This document shows positions 52,844 to 62,665 of a stretch of DNA of 64,000 nucleotides, piece by piece. The number at the start of each line of letters is the position of its first letter. Within the stretch, counting starts at the first letter, position 1. Source of the stretch: Paludibacteraceae bacterium (GTDB taxonomy: Bacteria > Bacteroidota > Bacteroidia > Bacteroidales > Paludibacteraceae); assembly GCA_045132415.1 (NCBI GenBank), contig JBGUSG010000003.1, positions 106,004 to 170,003 of the forward strand, read 5' to 3'. A model generated the notes under the pieces. It was not told the DNA's origin, did not search any database, and worked only from the letters and a program-made list of their open reading frames with translations. The position numbers and the translations under genes are program-made.

Positions 52844-53187
52844 TATTGCAGATGATTATTTACAGGAAAAACAATAGCAGGTTTGAAATCTTTTTGTTCT
52901 TCAGGTGTCATCATGGCATATGCCATAATGATAACGGTATCGCCCACGTTAATAAGATGTGCTGCTGCCCCATTGATGCATATGCAACCACTTCCACGTT
53001 TACCAGGGATGACATACGTTTCCAAACGGGCACCATTGGTGTTGTCCACTATTTGCACTTTCTCCCCTGCGTAGATATTTGCTGCGTCCATAAGGTCTTC
53101 ATCAATCGTAATACTTCCAATGTATTCTAGATTGGCTTCAGTCACTTTTACGCGGTGAATTTTCGATTTTAGTATGTGTAAAAACAT
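52843..53187 (-). CDS. panD: aspartate 1-decarboxylase
   Basis: [32 protein letters not shown]... (G-S self-processing site). The start is moved from 53208. The stop shares one base with the tgt ATG (TAATG). Confidence 0.9.
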   Translation of the reverse strand: MFLHILKSKIHRVKVTEANLEYIGSITIDEDLMDAANIYAGEKVQIVDNTNGARLETYVIPGKRGSGCICINGAAAHLINVGDTVIIMAYAMMTPEEQKDFKPAIVFPVNNHLQ

Positions 53188-53268
53188 AATAATGTCAAAT
53201 TTTGGCACAAAATTACTACTTTTTTCTTAAACTTGCAAAAAAAATTTGCATATTTCAAAAAAAAGTAG

Positions 53269-53276
53269 TACTTTTG
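53269..53276 (+). promoter_or_regulatory. -7 box of the conserved tRNA promoter cassette (tRNA-Ser)
   Basis: TCAAAAAAAAGTAGTACTTTTGCACCCGCTTTCGAAAGAG. It is divergent from the panD box TAATTTTG (53210-53217, minus). Confidence 0.7.
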
Positions 53277-53314
53277 CACCCGCTTTCGAAAGAGAGCGTA
53301 TTTGCTACGGCAAA

Positions 53315-53400
<86 letters not shown>

Positions 53401-53408
53401 AAAAACAG

Positions 53409-53438
53409 AAAACCGAATCCAAATGGGTTCGGTTTTTT
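53409..53438 (+). terminator. intrinsic terminator after tRNA-Ser
   Basis: GAAAACCGAATCC-AAATG-GGTTCGGTTTTTT. Confidence 0.8.
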
Positions 53439-53467
53439 CATATCAAGAATTCTAACGATATTACAAA

Positions 53468-54844
53468 ATGTCCTTTAAACAATATCTTCCATACTACAAA
53501 CGCAATCTCCGTGTGGCATTGCCTGTGATGCTGACTCAATTAGGGGCATCATTGGTAGGATTGTTTGATTCTATCATGGTCGGACATTATGCTACTGTGG
53601 ATCTCGCTGCCGTAAGTTTTGCTAATGCATTGTTCTTTATGGCGATGGTGTTTGCTATGGGGGCACTGATGGCTATTACACCATTGGTGGGCGTTCGAGT
53701 GGGCGAGATGAATACACGTCCAGAGGAGCAAACAGAAATCCGCCATAAGATAGCCATACTATTTCAGAATGGTATGCTTTTTGCCCTGTTGCAATCGGTA
53801 TTGATGTTGTTGCTGTTGGGTGGTTGTCTTCCGTTCTTGGAGTATTTTGGTCAGGACCCAGCTGTAATTGAAGTTGCACGACCTTATTACGTGTTGATAG
53901 TTATCTCGTTGGTACCATTCTTGATTTTTACTTTCTTTAAGCAATTTCTAGAGGGACTGGGCAATACGCTGGTTGCTATGATTATCACACTAGCAATGAA
54001 CGCATTAAATATTTTCCTCAATTGGATATTTATTTATGGTCATTGGGGTGTGGAGGCAATGGGAGCTGCAGGAGCAGGTATTGGCTCACTGATTTCTCGC
54101 GCAGGTATGGCACTCTGCTTTTTTGCTGCCATATGGTTTCATCGTGATTGGAAATACTATATCCAAACATTCTCGTGGCGTAACTTCAGTTGGCACGCAA
54201 TCAAGCAGCAAATAAAGGTTGGTTTTCCCATTGGCGCACAAACTTTCTTAGAAACTTTTACCTTTGCGGTATCGTTTGTGATAATCGGTTGGATTAGTAA
54301 GGAGGCGCTGGCTGCTCATCAAGTGGCTAATCAGATTGCTGATATGACTTTTATGATTGCTCTTGGTATCGGTGCAGCTACCACGATTCGCGTATCGCAT
54401 CAATTGGGAGCGGGAGATCTTCATGCGGTGCGTATGGCAAGCAATGCTAGTATTCATTTGGTATTGGTAATGAATACCATTGGTGCAGCGCTGATGATTG
54501 GTTTGCGCAATTATATCCCAATGCTTTTTACTGAGGACCCAGAGGTTATTGCCATCGCCTCGCAACTGATTATTATTGCGGGATTGTTTCAGTATGCGGA
54601 TGGTTTGCAGGCAGTGGGTGCTGCCATGTTGCGTGGTATCACAGATGTGAAAGTGCCAATGATCATCGCTTTTATATCGTATATATTGGTGGGTTTGTCG
54701 GTGGGTTTGTTGTGTGCCTTCCCATTGCAGATGGGAGCTGCAGGTATCTGGTGCGGTTTTATCGCAGGTTTAGCGTTGGCAGCAATTTGCTTTCACATTC
54801 GTTTCAATAGCAAATTCAAACAGTTGATGCTGTCTAAACGGTGA
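53468..54844 (+). CDS. MATE-family efflux transporter
   Basis: 458 aa, 12 TM helices, with N-terminus YKRNLRVALPVMLTQLGASLVGLFDSIMVGH typical of NorM/MATE. Confidence 0.85.
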   Translation: MSFKQYLPYYKRNLRVALPVMLTQLGASLVGLFDSIMVGHYATVDLAAVSFANALFFMAMVFAMGALMAITPLVGVRVGEMNTRPEEQTEIRHKIAILFQNGMLFALLQSVLMLLLLGGCLPFLEYFGQDPAVIEVARPYYVLIVISLVPFLIFTFFKQFLEGLGNTLVAMIITLAMNALNIFLNWIFIYGHWGVEAMGAAGAGIGSLISRAGMALCFFAAIWFHRDWKYYIQTFSWRNFSWHAIKQQIKVGFPIGAQTFLETFTFAVSFVIIGWISKEALAAHQVANQIADMTFMIALGIGAATTIRVSHQLGAGDLHAVRMASNASIHLVLVMNTIGAALMIGLRNYIPMLFTEDPEVIAIASQLIIIAGLFQYADGLQAVGAAMLRGITDVKVPMIIAFISYILVGLSVGLLCAFPLQMGAAGIWCGFIAGLALAAICFHIRFNSKFKQLMLSKR

Positions 54845-54921
54845 ATAGATCCACTATTATTATCAAGTAATAAATTGAAATAAATAGCCACTTGTGTATG
54901 AAACACAAATGGCTATTGTTT

Positions 54922-54957
54922 GTTTAGTGGACGGCGCTTTGCGCCTACTGTTTAGTG
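54922..54957. repeat. word-hairpin-word mini element (G4)
   Basis: GTTTAGTG-GACGGCGCTTTGCGCCTACT-GTTTAGTG, with central GGCGC/GCGCC hairpin. Confidence 0.7.
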
Positions 54958-54965
54958 ACAAATAT

Positions 54966-56429
54966 CTATAAGGTCTCCAATACGCGTTTCAGCCACTCCC
55001 AGCATTTGCCAGTTGAAGCAATACTCAGGCGCTCTTGTGGAGAGTGGACACCGAACATTTGTGGGCCAATGGACACCATATCCAAATATGGATACTTCTC
55101 TAAGAACAAACCACATTCCAAACCTGCGTGGATAGCCAATACCTTTGGCTCCGCAGCAAACAAATCTTGATATGCTTTCTTGGTCACTTCCAACAATGGC
55201 GATTGTGGGTTAGGCGCCCAACCTGGGTAACCATCGCCATGTGTCACCTCGTCGCAAGCCAATGCCAAAGCACACTCTACCATCTGCTTGATATCGTGCT
55301 TCTTGCTCTCAATAGAAGAGCGTTGGCTAGTATTGATCTCAACAAACGCACCCTTCTCGTCCTCTTTCATCTTCACGCTAGCGAGGTTGGTACTGGTCTC
55401 TACCAAGCCTGGCATAGTCTTCGACATCGCCGTCATACCATGAGGGCAAGCATAGAGCGCTTGGATAAGCAACTTGGCTTTGTCTGCAGGAATAAACAAC
55501 GCTGGCATATCGGTTGTCTCAAGATGCATAAAGAAGTCCTTCTCTACATCGCCGATCTCTGCTTCTATAGTAGCGATATAATGGTTGAGCATCACGCGGA
55601 TATCTTCTTTATACGCCATAGGAATAGCAATCACCGCTTCTGCTTCACGCGCAATCGCATTGCGCAAGTTACCGCCATTGATTGTAGCCAACTGCATATC
55701 AGTAGCTTGCATCACTTGATATAAGAAACGCACGAGGATCTTATTCGCATTGCCACGACCTTTGTTTATATCGTCACCTGAGTGACCACCCATGAGGCCA
55801 CCGACTTTGAGATGTATCGCTAGCCTCTCGCCTTTCGCCTCTAGCCTCATCGCCTCATAGTGCATTTTGGCGAGCGTATCGATACCTCCTGCGCAGCCGA
55901 TGAACACTTGGCCATCATCCTCAGAGTCAAGGTTAATGAGTTGTTTGCCTTGCAAGCAGCCGTCTTGCAGACGGAAAGCGCCTGTCAAACCAGTCTCCTC
56001 ATCCACGGTGAAGAGGCACTCCAAAGCAGGGTGCTTCAAGGTGTCAGAGGTGATAGCTGCCAACATCAATGCCATACCGATGCCGTTATCTGCACCAAGA
56101 GTAGTGCCCTGAGCTTTGATAAAATCACCATCAATATAAGTATGGATAGGATCGTTATCGAAGTCGTGTACGGTGTCGTTGTTTTTCTCACACACCATAT
56201 CCATATGCGCTTGCAAAATCACGCCTGGTTTATCTTCGTAGCCAGGAGTAGCTGGTTTGCGCATGATGATATTACCTGCTTCATCTACTGTATGTTCCAA
56301 ATTATGCTTTACGGCAAACGCCTTAAGCCATTCGATAATCTTTCCTTCGCGCTTCGATGGGCGAGGCACTTGGGTAATCTCATGAAAAATTGAGAAAACC
56401 TCTTGTGGGTGTAATTCTTGTATATTCAT
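54966..56429 (-). CDS. pepD: aminoacyl-histidine dipeptidase (PepD, M20C)
   Basis: 487 aa. Contains EITQVPRPSKRE, HMDMV, LGADNGIG and FTVDEETG. Confidence 0.9.
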   Translation of the reverse strand: MNIQELHPQEVFSIFHEITQVPRPSKREGKIIEWLKAFAVKHNLEHTVDEAGNIIMRKPATPGYEDKPGVILQAHMDMVCEKNNDTVHDFDNDPIHTYIDGDFIKAQGTTLGADNGIGMALMLAAITSDTLKHPALECLFTVDEETGLTGAFRLQDGCLQGKQLINLDSEDDGQVFIGCAGGIDTLAKMHYEAMRLEAKGERLAIHLKVGGLMGGHSGDDINKGRGNANKILVRFLYQVMQATDMQLATINGGNLRNAIAREAEAVIAIPMAYKEDIRVMLNHYIATIEAEIGDVEKDFFMHLETTDMPALFIPADKAKLLIQALYACPHGMTAMSKTMPGLVETSTNLASVKMKEDEKGAFVEINTSQRSSIESKKHDIKQMVECALALACDEVTHGDGYPGWAPNPQSPLLEVTKKAYQDLFAAEPKVLAIHAGLECGLFLEKYPYLDMVSIGPQMFGVHSPQERLSIASTGKCWEWLKRVLETL

Positions 56430-56434
56430 ATTTA

Positions 56435-56489
56435 TTAGATATTAGACCGCTGCGCTGTAAGACCGCCTGCGGCTGTTAGATGTTAGACA
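56435..56489. repeat. half element A5 (GTTAGA arm only), between pepD and the C69 dipeptidase gene
   Basis: TTAGATATTAGACCGCTGCGCTGTAAGACCGCCTGCGGCTGTTAGATGTTAGAC. Confidence 0.7.
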
Positions 56490-56495
56490 ATAGGG

Positions 56496-58130
56496 TTACT
56501 CATGAGCAATGTGCTCGTGTACGCTCTCAAGGAATGAGGTTGGGTAAGGTGTGCGGTTTGGTCCTTCTGGTTCGCCATAAGGGTTACGCAAGAACTCACC
56601 GTCTTTCTCCTTGCGCTCTTGACCATCCAAGTACTTTACAAACAGATAGATACCCAACTCTTTCCATGCCGCCGTGGACTCTTGCGCTTGTGCACAAGAG
56701 TACTTAGTCAAGAACTCAGTAGCTGTAGCAGGATCCATTTCTGCCACTTGAGCATCCACGGCCTCTACTTGCGCATTAAACTTATCTTCCCAAGCGGCTT
56801 GCACCTTCTTGATATCAGGCATCATAGCCGAATACTTGGTATATGCCCAGTTGGCTACGATATTGTAGGTCCACCAAGCCGATGTAGGCGAATAATTATA
56901 CATATCGCCATTGCCCTCCTTGAAGCACTCTGGCACCTCAGTGATAGTACTATACATAGGCACATACACAGTAGATGCCGCATCGTCCACACCAAACCAC
57001 AAGATGCCGCCAGCCTTAGCCGACTCATAGCCACGCATTTGTGCCACAAAGGACCATGCAGTTTGTTGGGTAGCGATTGGACGCTCAAACCAATATTGCA
57101 CCGAATCCAACTTAAAGCCCAATGAACCATAGCGCAACTTGCTATTCCATGGACCCGCATCAGGACCTTGGGTAATATCCAATGGTGTACCCTCGTATTG
57201 ATCACGCATGCAGTTTTTCAACTCTTGTGCGCTCACCTTATGATTAGGCTTGATATACAGCGGCATACGCTCGCCAGCGAACTTACCGCCTGTCTCTACG
57301 AAGGTTTTGCCCGACGCAAAGTCAAAATACTTGTCCATATCGCCCGAGAACTTGCGGAAGAACGACCATACGCGTGCCTCGCACACATACAAGCCAGAGA
57401 AATCGTATGGCGCATATGCCTCTTGGAAATTGAAATCCTCGTCTTTCTTGCCTGTATAGTAACCTTGTTTGCGAGCGAACTTCACCACATCCTTGCTCCA
57501 CATCCAGTTCTCTTTGTCTTTGAAGTTGATGGTGGTAAAGCGCGCTTGGTTAGCATGCGCTGCAATGCAATCATCTGGCACACGGGTTGCTACCCACACT
57601 GCGCCTTTCTCCACTTTACCTTTGCCGATCAACTCCATCATCCATACTTCGTTAGGGTCAGCAATAGAGAAGGTCTCACCCGATGAAGCATAGCCATATT
57701 CAGCCACGAGATCGGTCATACACTTAATCGCTTCGCGAGCAGTCTTGCAACGCTCCAATGCAATGTAAATCAATGAACCATAGTCGATACCTTCGCCTAC
57801 CTCCAATTCAGGACGACCGCCAAAAGTGGTCTCACCAATGGTGAGTTGGTGCTCATTCATATTACCCACGACATTGTAGGTGTGAGCCACTTGTGGGATG
57901 GTGCAGAGAGGTTTGCCCGTATCCCAGTCCTTGACTTCGCGCACAGCATCTGCAGGATGGTCAGTAGCAGGAACGTAATGCAAGAAACCATACAATGCAT
58001 AACTATCAGCAGCATACGTGATCATCGTGCTGCCGTCTGCTGATGCGTCTTTACCTACTAAGAAATTGGTGCAGGCCATACCTGCCACCCATGCGCTACA
58101 TAGCGCGAATATCAAATAAATTCGTTTCAT
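56496..58130 (-). CDS. C69-family dipeptidase
   Basis: 544 aa. The signal peptide ends ...AGMAC followed by TNFLVGKDASADGS, i.e. the N-terminal nucleophile Cys of peptidase C69. Confidence 0.85.
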   Translation of the reverse strand: MKRIYLIFALCSAWVAGMACTNFLVGKDASADGSTMITYAADSYALYGFLHYVPATDHPADAVREVKDWDTGKPLCTIPQVAHTYNVVGNMNEHQLTIGETTFGGRPELEVGEGIDYGSLIYIALERCKTAREAIKCMTDLVAEYGYASSGETFSIADPNEVWMMELIGKGKVEKGAVWVATRVPDDCIAAHANQARFTTINFKDKENWMWSKDVVKFARKQGYYTGKKDEDFNFQEAYAPYDFSGLYVCEARVWSFFRKFSGDMDKYFDFASGKTFVETGGKFAGERMPLYIKPNHKVSAQELKNCMRDQYEGTPLDITQGPDAGPWNSKLRYGSLGFKLDSVQYWFERPIATQQTAWSFVAQMRGYESAKAGGILWFGVDDAASTVYVPMYSTITEVPECFKEGNGDMYNYSPTSAWWTYNIVANWAYTKYSAMMPDIKKVQAAWEDKFNAQVEAVDAQVAEMDPATATEFLTKYSCAQAQESTAAWKELGIYLFVKYLDGQERKEKDGEFLRNPYGEPEGPNRTPYPTSFLESVHEHIAHE

Positions 58131-58140
58131 ATTCTATTTA

Positions 58141-58169
58141 GTTTAAAGGTTAGATGTTAAAGTTTAAAG
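58141..58169. repeat. tandem word repeat GTTTAAAG/GTTAGATG (H2)
   Basis: GTTTAAAGGTTAGATGTTAAAGTTTAAAG. Confidence 0.7.
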
Positions 58170-58177
58170 GCGAGAGA

Positions 58178-58924
58178 TTAGCGGATAGACATACGTCCAT
58201 CCACTTTCGCTTGTACTACTTTCACCTGCTTGATATATTCGATGTATAGGTCGCGGATTTTCTCTTGAGAGTTCCAGCAATGGATATGGTTCTTTAGTGG
58301 TAGCATGCCATCGTTACCTTGGCTAAGGTAATCGCTTGTAGCCACGGTGTATGTTTTGTCCATTTCTAGGGGTTTGCCGTTGATAGTCACCAATGCTTCT
58401 TGTTGCATCACTTTATCGCCTATGGCTTTGATGCGCATACCTGCTATGCCTTGTCCGCCCGAATATGCAAAGATTTCGCAGAGTTGTTGTAGGTCACTTC
58501 CTTTTAAGGTTAGTACAACCAACATATTATCAAAAGGCATCAATTCAAATACGTGTCTGAAAGTAATATCTCCTGCAGCCCACTCGCATCGCATACCACC
58601 AATATTTACCACGGCAACATCCACTGGCTTTGGGAACAAATCTCGCGCTATAGCTAACAATGCATCACTAGCCCAATTCAGCATTGGGCATTCAGGTTTA
58701 TATACTTCTAACGCCTTAGGAGCGTAACCTATAGGAGCTCCTAATTGTACTTCTAAATTCGCTTTGATAGGTGCCAATTCCGATAGGTAAGTACTATCCT
58801 GCATGGCATCTAATCCACTATCAATGAGTAGTATGTCGCCTTTGATATGCGTCACATTGCTTGGCCGATGTATGCAAGAAACCATGCCAAGAACTATTAG
58901 TAAAGTGCAAATTCCTTTTTTCAT
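58178..58924 (-). CDS. 5'-nucleotidase C-terminal-domain lipoprotein
   Basis: 248 aa with lipobox LGMVSC. NIGGMR...VATSDYLSQGNDG resembles 5_nucleotid_C. No adjacent metallophosphatase partner gene. Confidence 0.65.
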   Translation of the reverse strand: MKKGICTLLIVLGMVSCIHRPSNVTHIKGDILLIDSGLDAMQDSTYLSELAPIKANLEVQLGAPIGYAPKALEVYKPECPMLNWASDALLAIARDLFPKPVDVAVVNIGGMRCEWAAGDITFRHVFELMPFDNMLVVLTLKGSDLQQLCEIFAYSGGQGIAGMRIKAIGDKVMQQEALVTINGKPLEMDKTYTVATSDYLSQGNDGMLPLKNHIHCWNSQEKIRDLYIEYIKQVKVVQAKVDGRMSIR

Positions 58925-59045
58925 TGTAATTTTATTTTGCGGTGCAAAGTTACTATTTTTTTTTCAATTATGCAAATTTACATACAAAATAGCGAGCCAA
59001 CAATCTGTTAGCCCGCTATACCATACTACTCTAAATAATCTTTTC

Positions 59046-59735
59046 TTACATTGCAGATAGTATTGATTTAGCAATCAGATGATAACCTTTATTATTGGGA
59101 TGGATGCCATCTGCACATAAATAATCTTTTTGGCGCAACAATGCAGATGTTACATCTACCAAATGTGCATCCGTTGCCTCTGCTATGCGCTTTACTGCAT
59201 CGTTGTATAGTTCATGTCCCGCCCAAATAGTATCTATATTACCTTTGAGCCATTTTAGTACGTTCTTTTTCTGTTGCTCATCAAATTGTCGCGTAAAATG
59301 GTCAAAATAATAGTGCGCATTCATTGGTGGAAGTGAAAGTACGAGTGGGGTATATCCCATATTACGCACCTTATTGATAATACGTATGTAAGTTTTTTCG
59401 AATGTGCTTAATGATGTCTTTGGATGGTGTTCGCCATTTGGACACTTTGCTATCGCATTCCAATCATAATCGCTATCGTTTCCACCATAACATAGCACTA
59501 CATAATTGGCGCCATCCATATGTTCGGTATAGCGTTCTAGGATACGCTCTCCATTTTCTATCGTACTTCCCATCTTTCCTAAATTAATCGTTTCACAATG
59601 CAGGCTATCTGCTATATGATTGACAATGTTTTGCTCCGACAGAGAATAGTGTCCCCGTCCGTTTTCTTCTTCAGAAAACAAAACTCCCTTAATAATTGAA
59701 TCACCCAATGCTACTAATTTCATAACTAAATTCAT
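59046..59735 (-). CDS. SGNH/GDSL hydrolase family protein
   Basis: 229 aa. VALGDSIIKG (block I), GGND (block III) and DGIHPN (block V). Confidence 0.7.
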   Translation of the reverse strand: MNLVMKLVALGDSIIKGVLFSEEENGRGHYSLSEQNIVNHIADSLHCETINLGKMGSTIENGERILERYTEHMDGANYVVLCYGGNDSDYDWNAIAKCPNGEHHPKTSLSTFEKTYIRIINKVRNMGYTPLVLSLPPMNAHYYFDHFTRQFDEQQKKNVLKWLKGNIDTIWAGHELYNDAVKRIAEATDAHLVDVTSALLRQKDYLCADGIHPNNKGYHLIAKSILSAM

Positions 59736-59956
59736 ATATTTAAATTTTACTGTTTTTTATCCCATTGTTTCATTATTAATATCGCTAATAAGTTAAAAAT
59801 CGATGCAAAATTACTGCCATTTTTACATATGGCGAAATTTTTGTGATAGTATGGCATAATTTTTGTACAAAACGTAAATATAGGGATAAAAATGTATTAT
59901 TTGTGACAAAATATGCTAATAAATGATTTTGTCACACCAATTAAATTGACAAAATC

Positions 59957-60757
59957 ATGAGTAAATTGCCAACGATTTTTGCCACATTGCGCAGTAATTT
60001 ATCTTTTGTAGTAGTCATACCTGTCTTTTGGTTAAGTTTTGTATTGCTTTACCAACCTTCAAAGCTATTGGATCTGCTCAATATGGGCGATAGCATGTTG
60101 AATTTTAACACTACAATCATCATGTGCATACTTTTAGGTGTAATGATTATTTCTCGAGGAGTATTAATGGCAATACATCATACCCTTCAATTGAATTGGT
60201 TTAAATTCATGGTATGGGAAGTGGCAGAGGTGATGACTATGAGTCTATTTACGGCTCTTTATATCACACTGATGTATCATGGTGAATATACCTATTTTTT
60301 CATGACGGGGCAATGCTTATATCATTTGTTGCTGATTACGATATTCCCTTATATTATTTTCAATTTATCTTTTGCGTACGTGAGTGTATTGGAGCAAGAT
60401 ACCATGTTTGATGATAGTTTAATGCGCTTTTACGACAATACTCAAAAACTCAAACTCATGATTGCTTCTTCAGCTGTATTGTATATTGAAGCAGCCGAAA
60501 ACTATGTACATGTACGCTATATGGAAGGAGATCACTTGAAAGATTTTCCGTTGCGTGCTTCTATGAAATCACTAGAAGATTTGCTGCAAAAGCATGGACT
60601 TGTTCGTTGTCAGCGTAGTTATTATATCAATCCACAGCATATCAAAGTACTACGACGCGATAAAGAAGGTATGATTTCTGCCGAATTGGACATACCAAAT
60701 CAAAAATCCATTCCTGTATCTCCCAAGTACTACGACTCACTGGCAAAGTGGTTGTGA
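59957..60757 (+). CDS. membrane-anchored LytTR-domain DNA-binding protein
   Basis: 266 aa with ~4 TM helices followed by a LytTR domain (YIEAAENYVHVRYMEGDHLKDFPLRASMKSLEDLL...FVRCQRSYYINPQHI). Confidence 0.75.
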   Translation: MSKLPTIFATLRSNLSFVVVIPVFWLSFVLLYQPSKLLDLLNMGDSMLNFNTTIIMCILLGVMIISRGVLMAIHHTLQLNWFKFMVWEVAEVMTMSLFTALYITLMYHGEYTYFFMTGQCLYHLLLITIFPYIIFNLSFAYVSVLEQDTMFDDSLMRFYDNTQKLKLMIASSAVLYIEAAENYVHVRYMEGDHLKDFPLRASMKSLEDLLQKHGLVRCQRSYYINPQHIKVLRRDKEGMISAELDIPNQKSIPVSPKYYDSLAKWL

Positions 60758-60964
60758 TATTTTGAGCGGCGAAATAGTAGAAGTATCATCGAAATACATA
60801 TAAATAAGCACAAAAACTAAACTTTTTATGTTTTTTCTTGCGTATATGCATTTTTTGTAGTACCTTTGCACGCTTTTTTGAGAAAAGCACGTAGATGTGA
60901 CATCGTTTGGATTATAGCATCATGCGAGGTCATTATTGTTTAACTAATTAAATATCAATTACAA

Positions 60965-61234
60965 ATGTATTTGACATCTGAGAAAAAAGCAGAACTCTTT
61001 GCTAAGTATGGCAATGACGCTAAGAACACAGGTTCTGCAGAGAGCCAAATCGCTCTGTTCACTTTCCGTATCAACCACCTTACAGAGCACCTCAAGAAGA
61101 ACCATAAGGACTTCGGTACTGAGCGCGCTTTGACCATGTTGGTAGGTAAACGTCGTCGTTTGCTTGACTACTTGAAAGCAAAAGACATTGAGCGTTATCG
61201 TGCTATTATCAAAGAGTTGGGTATCCGTAAGTAA
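60965..61234 (+). CDS. rpsO: 30S ribosomal protein S15
   Basis: 89 aa. MYLTSEKKAELFAKYG...GSAESQIALFTFRINHLTEHLKKNHKDFGTERAL... Confidence 0.95.
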   Translation: MYLTSEKKAELFAKYGNDAKNTGSAESQIALFTFRINHLTEHLKKNHKDFGTERALTMLVGKRRRLLDYLKAKDIERYRAIIKELGIRK

Positions 61235-61250
61235 TACTTGCTACTCAATT

Positions 61251-61288
61251 AAAAAACGCTGCATCGATTCGATGCAGCGTTCTTTTTT
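61251..61288. terminator. bidirectional terminator (rpsO / murG)
   Basis: AAAAAACGCTGCATCG-ATTC-GATGCAGCGTTCTTTTTT. Confidence 0.8.
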
Positions 61289-61302
61289 ATAACGCAACCT
61301 TT

Positions 61303-62409
61303 TTATTTTTGCGCCAATTTCATCACTTCTTCTGCGATACGTTTAGCCGAATCAGGTAGGGCGAGCGTAAGGATATTTGCACGTAATGCTTCTAATCGTG
61401 CCGTATCGTGAATGAGCGAAAGAGCAGTCGCTACCATTTGGTCTTTAGCATCTATGTCTTTTACCAAAACGCCAGCATCTTTTTTAACCAATGCCATCGC
61501 ATTATGTGTTTGGTGATCTTCTGCCACGTTTGGCGAAGGCACTAAAATGGAAGGTTTACCCAATAAGCACAACTCGGAAATAGATGAAGCACCAGCACGC
61601 GAGATTACTAAGTCCGCCAACGCATATGCCAAAGGCATTTGGCTTACAAAATCCGTGCAAATGATATTGTTGTGAGGCAACGCCTCAAGAGCTTTCTTAC
61701 AATCAGCAAGATAATTTTTTCCTGTTTGCCAAATCACTTGTACGTTACTATCTATCAGTTGGTTGAGGTGGGCAATAATGCTTTGGTTGATAGTGCGAGC
61801 ACCTAAACTACCGCCGATGATAAGTAGGGTTTTCTTCTCGGCGTTGAAGTTTACACCAAATTCCTCGTTAAAGTATCTTATAGCTTCTTCCTTGCTGCCA
61901 GAGGTCAAGTTTTGACGTACAGGATTACCAGTGAGAATGATTTTCTCTTTAGGGAAGAAACGCTCCATTCCCTCATATGCTACGCAAATTTTCTTCGCAT
62001 CGTCTTTGAGCAGTTTGTTGGTCACACCCGCGAAGCCGTTTTGCTCTTGCAATAGGATTGGCACTCCCATCTTGGCTGCCATTTTCATGGCTGCGCCACT
62101 AGCATAGCCACCTACTCCAATTCCTACATCTGGTCGGAAGTCGCGTACAATCCTACGGGCTTGAGACATTGAGCGAAGCAAATCAATCACAACGCGGATA
62201 TTGCGCCATGGATGACTGCGGTCAAATCCCTTAACAGGCAGACCTATAATGGGATAACCTGCTTGTGGTACGCGCTCCATCTCCATACGGCCGAGCGCAC
62301 CGACGAATAGAATCTCGCAACTTGGGTCAGCTTCACGCAATGCGTTTGCAATACTCACGGCAGGAAAAATATGTCCTCCTGTTCCGCCTCCAGAAATTAG
62401 GTACTTCAT
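61303..62409 (-). CDS. murG: undecaprenyldiphospho-muramoylpentapeptide beta-N-acetylglucosaminyltransferase
   Basis: 368 aa with GGGTGGHIFPAVSIA and a GT28 C-terminal domain. It stands alone with its own -7 box (62433-62440, minus), not in a dcw cluster in this window. Confidence 0.9.
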   Translation of the reverse strand: MKYLISGGGTGGHIFPAVSIANALREADPSCEILFVGALGRMEMERVPQAGYPIIGLPVKGFDRSHPWRNIRVVIDLLRSMSQARRIVRDFRPDVGIGVGGYASGAAMKMAAKMGVPILLQEQNGFAGVTNKLLKDDAKKICVAYEGMERFFPKEKIILTGNPVRQNLTSGSKEEAIRYFNEEFGVNFNAEKKTLLIIGGSLGARTINQSIIAHLNQLIDSNVQVIWQTGKNYLADCKKALEALPHNNIICTDFVSQMPLAYALADLVISRAGASSISELCLLGKPSILVPSPNVAEDHQTHNAMALVKKDAGVLVKDIDAKDQMVATALSLIHDTARLEALRANILTLALPDSAKRIAEEVMKLAQK

Positions 62410-62665
62410 ACGAATTCAGTAATTTTGTGCAAAGGTACGGAAATTATTTGAATTATTGGCTCAATTGTTCTTAAAAAATATTAAAAAATATCATTTTTTG
62501 AGTCAATAAAGTAAGAATAGGTGTGTTTTGATATTTGTCTTCTCTGCCATTTTGGCAGGTGTTTTTTGTGTTCAAGCGCTTTTGGTATGGGTTTTGTCTA
62601 TAACCTAGTAACGACCTTAAAGTCTTTAACGACCTTAAGGACCTTGACTAACAATAACAACAACT

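Noticed and set aside
60860-60964. The ~95-nt rpsO leader (with hairpin GCTTTT-TTGAG-AAAAGC) as an S15 autoregulatory RNA.
   Set aside because: It is plausible by analogy with other phyla, but I cannot identify a defined S15-binding motif (a three-way junction or G-U/G-C mimic) by eye, so I left it unannotated.
62544-62568. Hairpin CTGCC-ATTTT-GGCAG followed by GTGTTTTTTG upstream of clpB, as a possible attenuator or thermosensor.
   Set aside because: The stem is only 5 bp and there is no alternative pairing with the start region that I can see. This is too weak to call.
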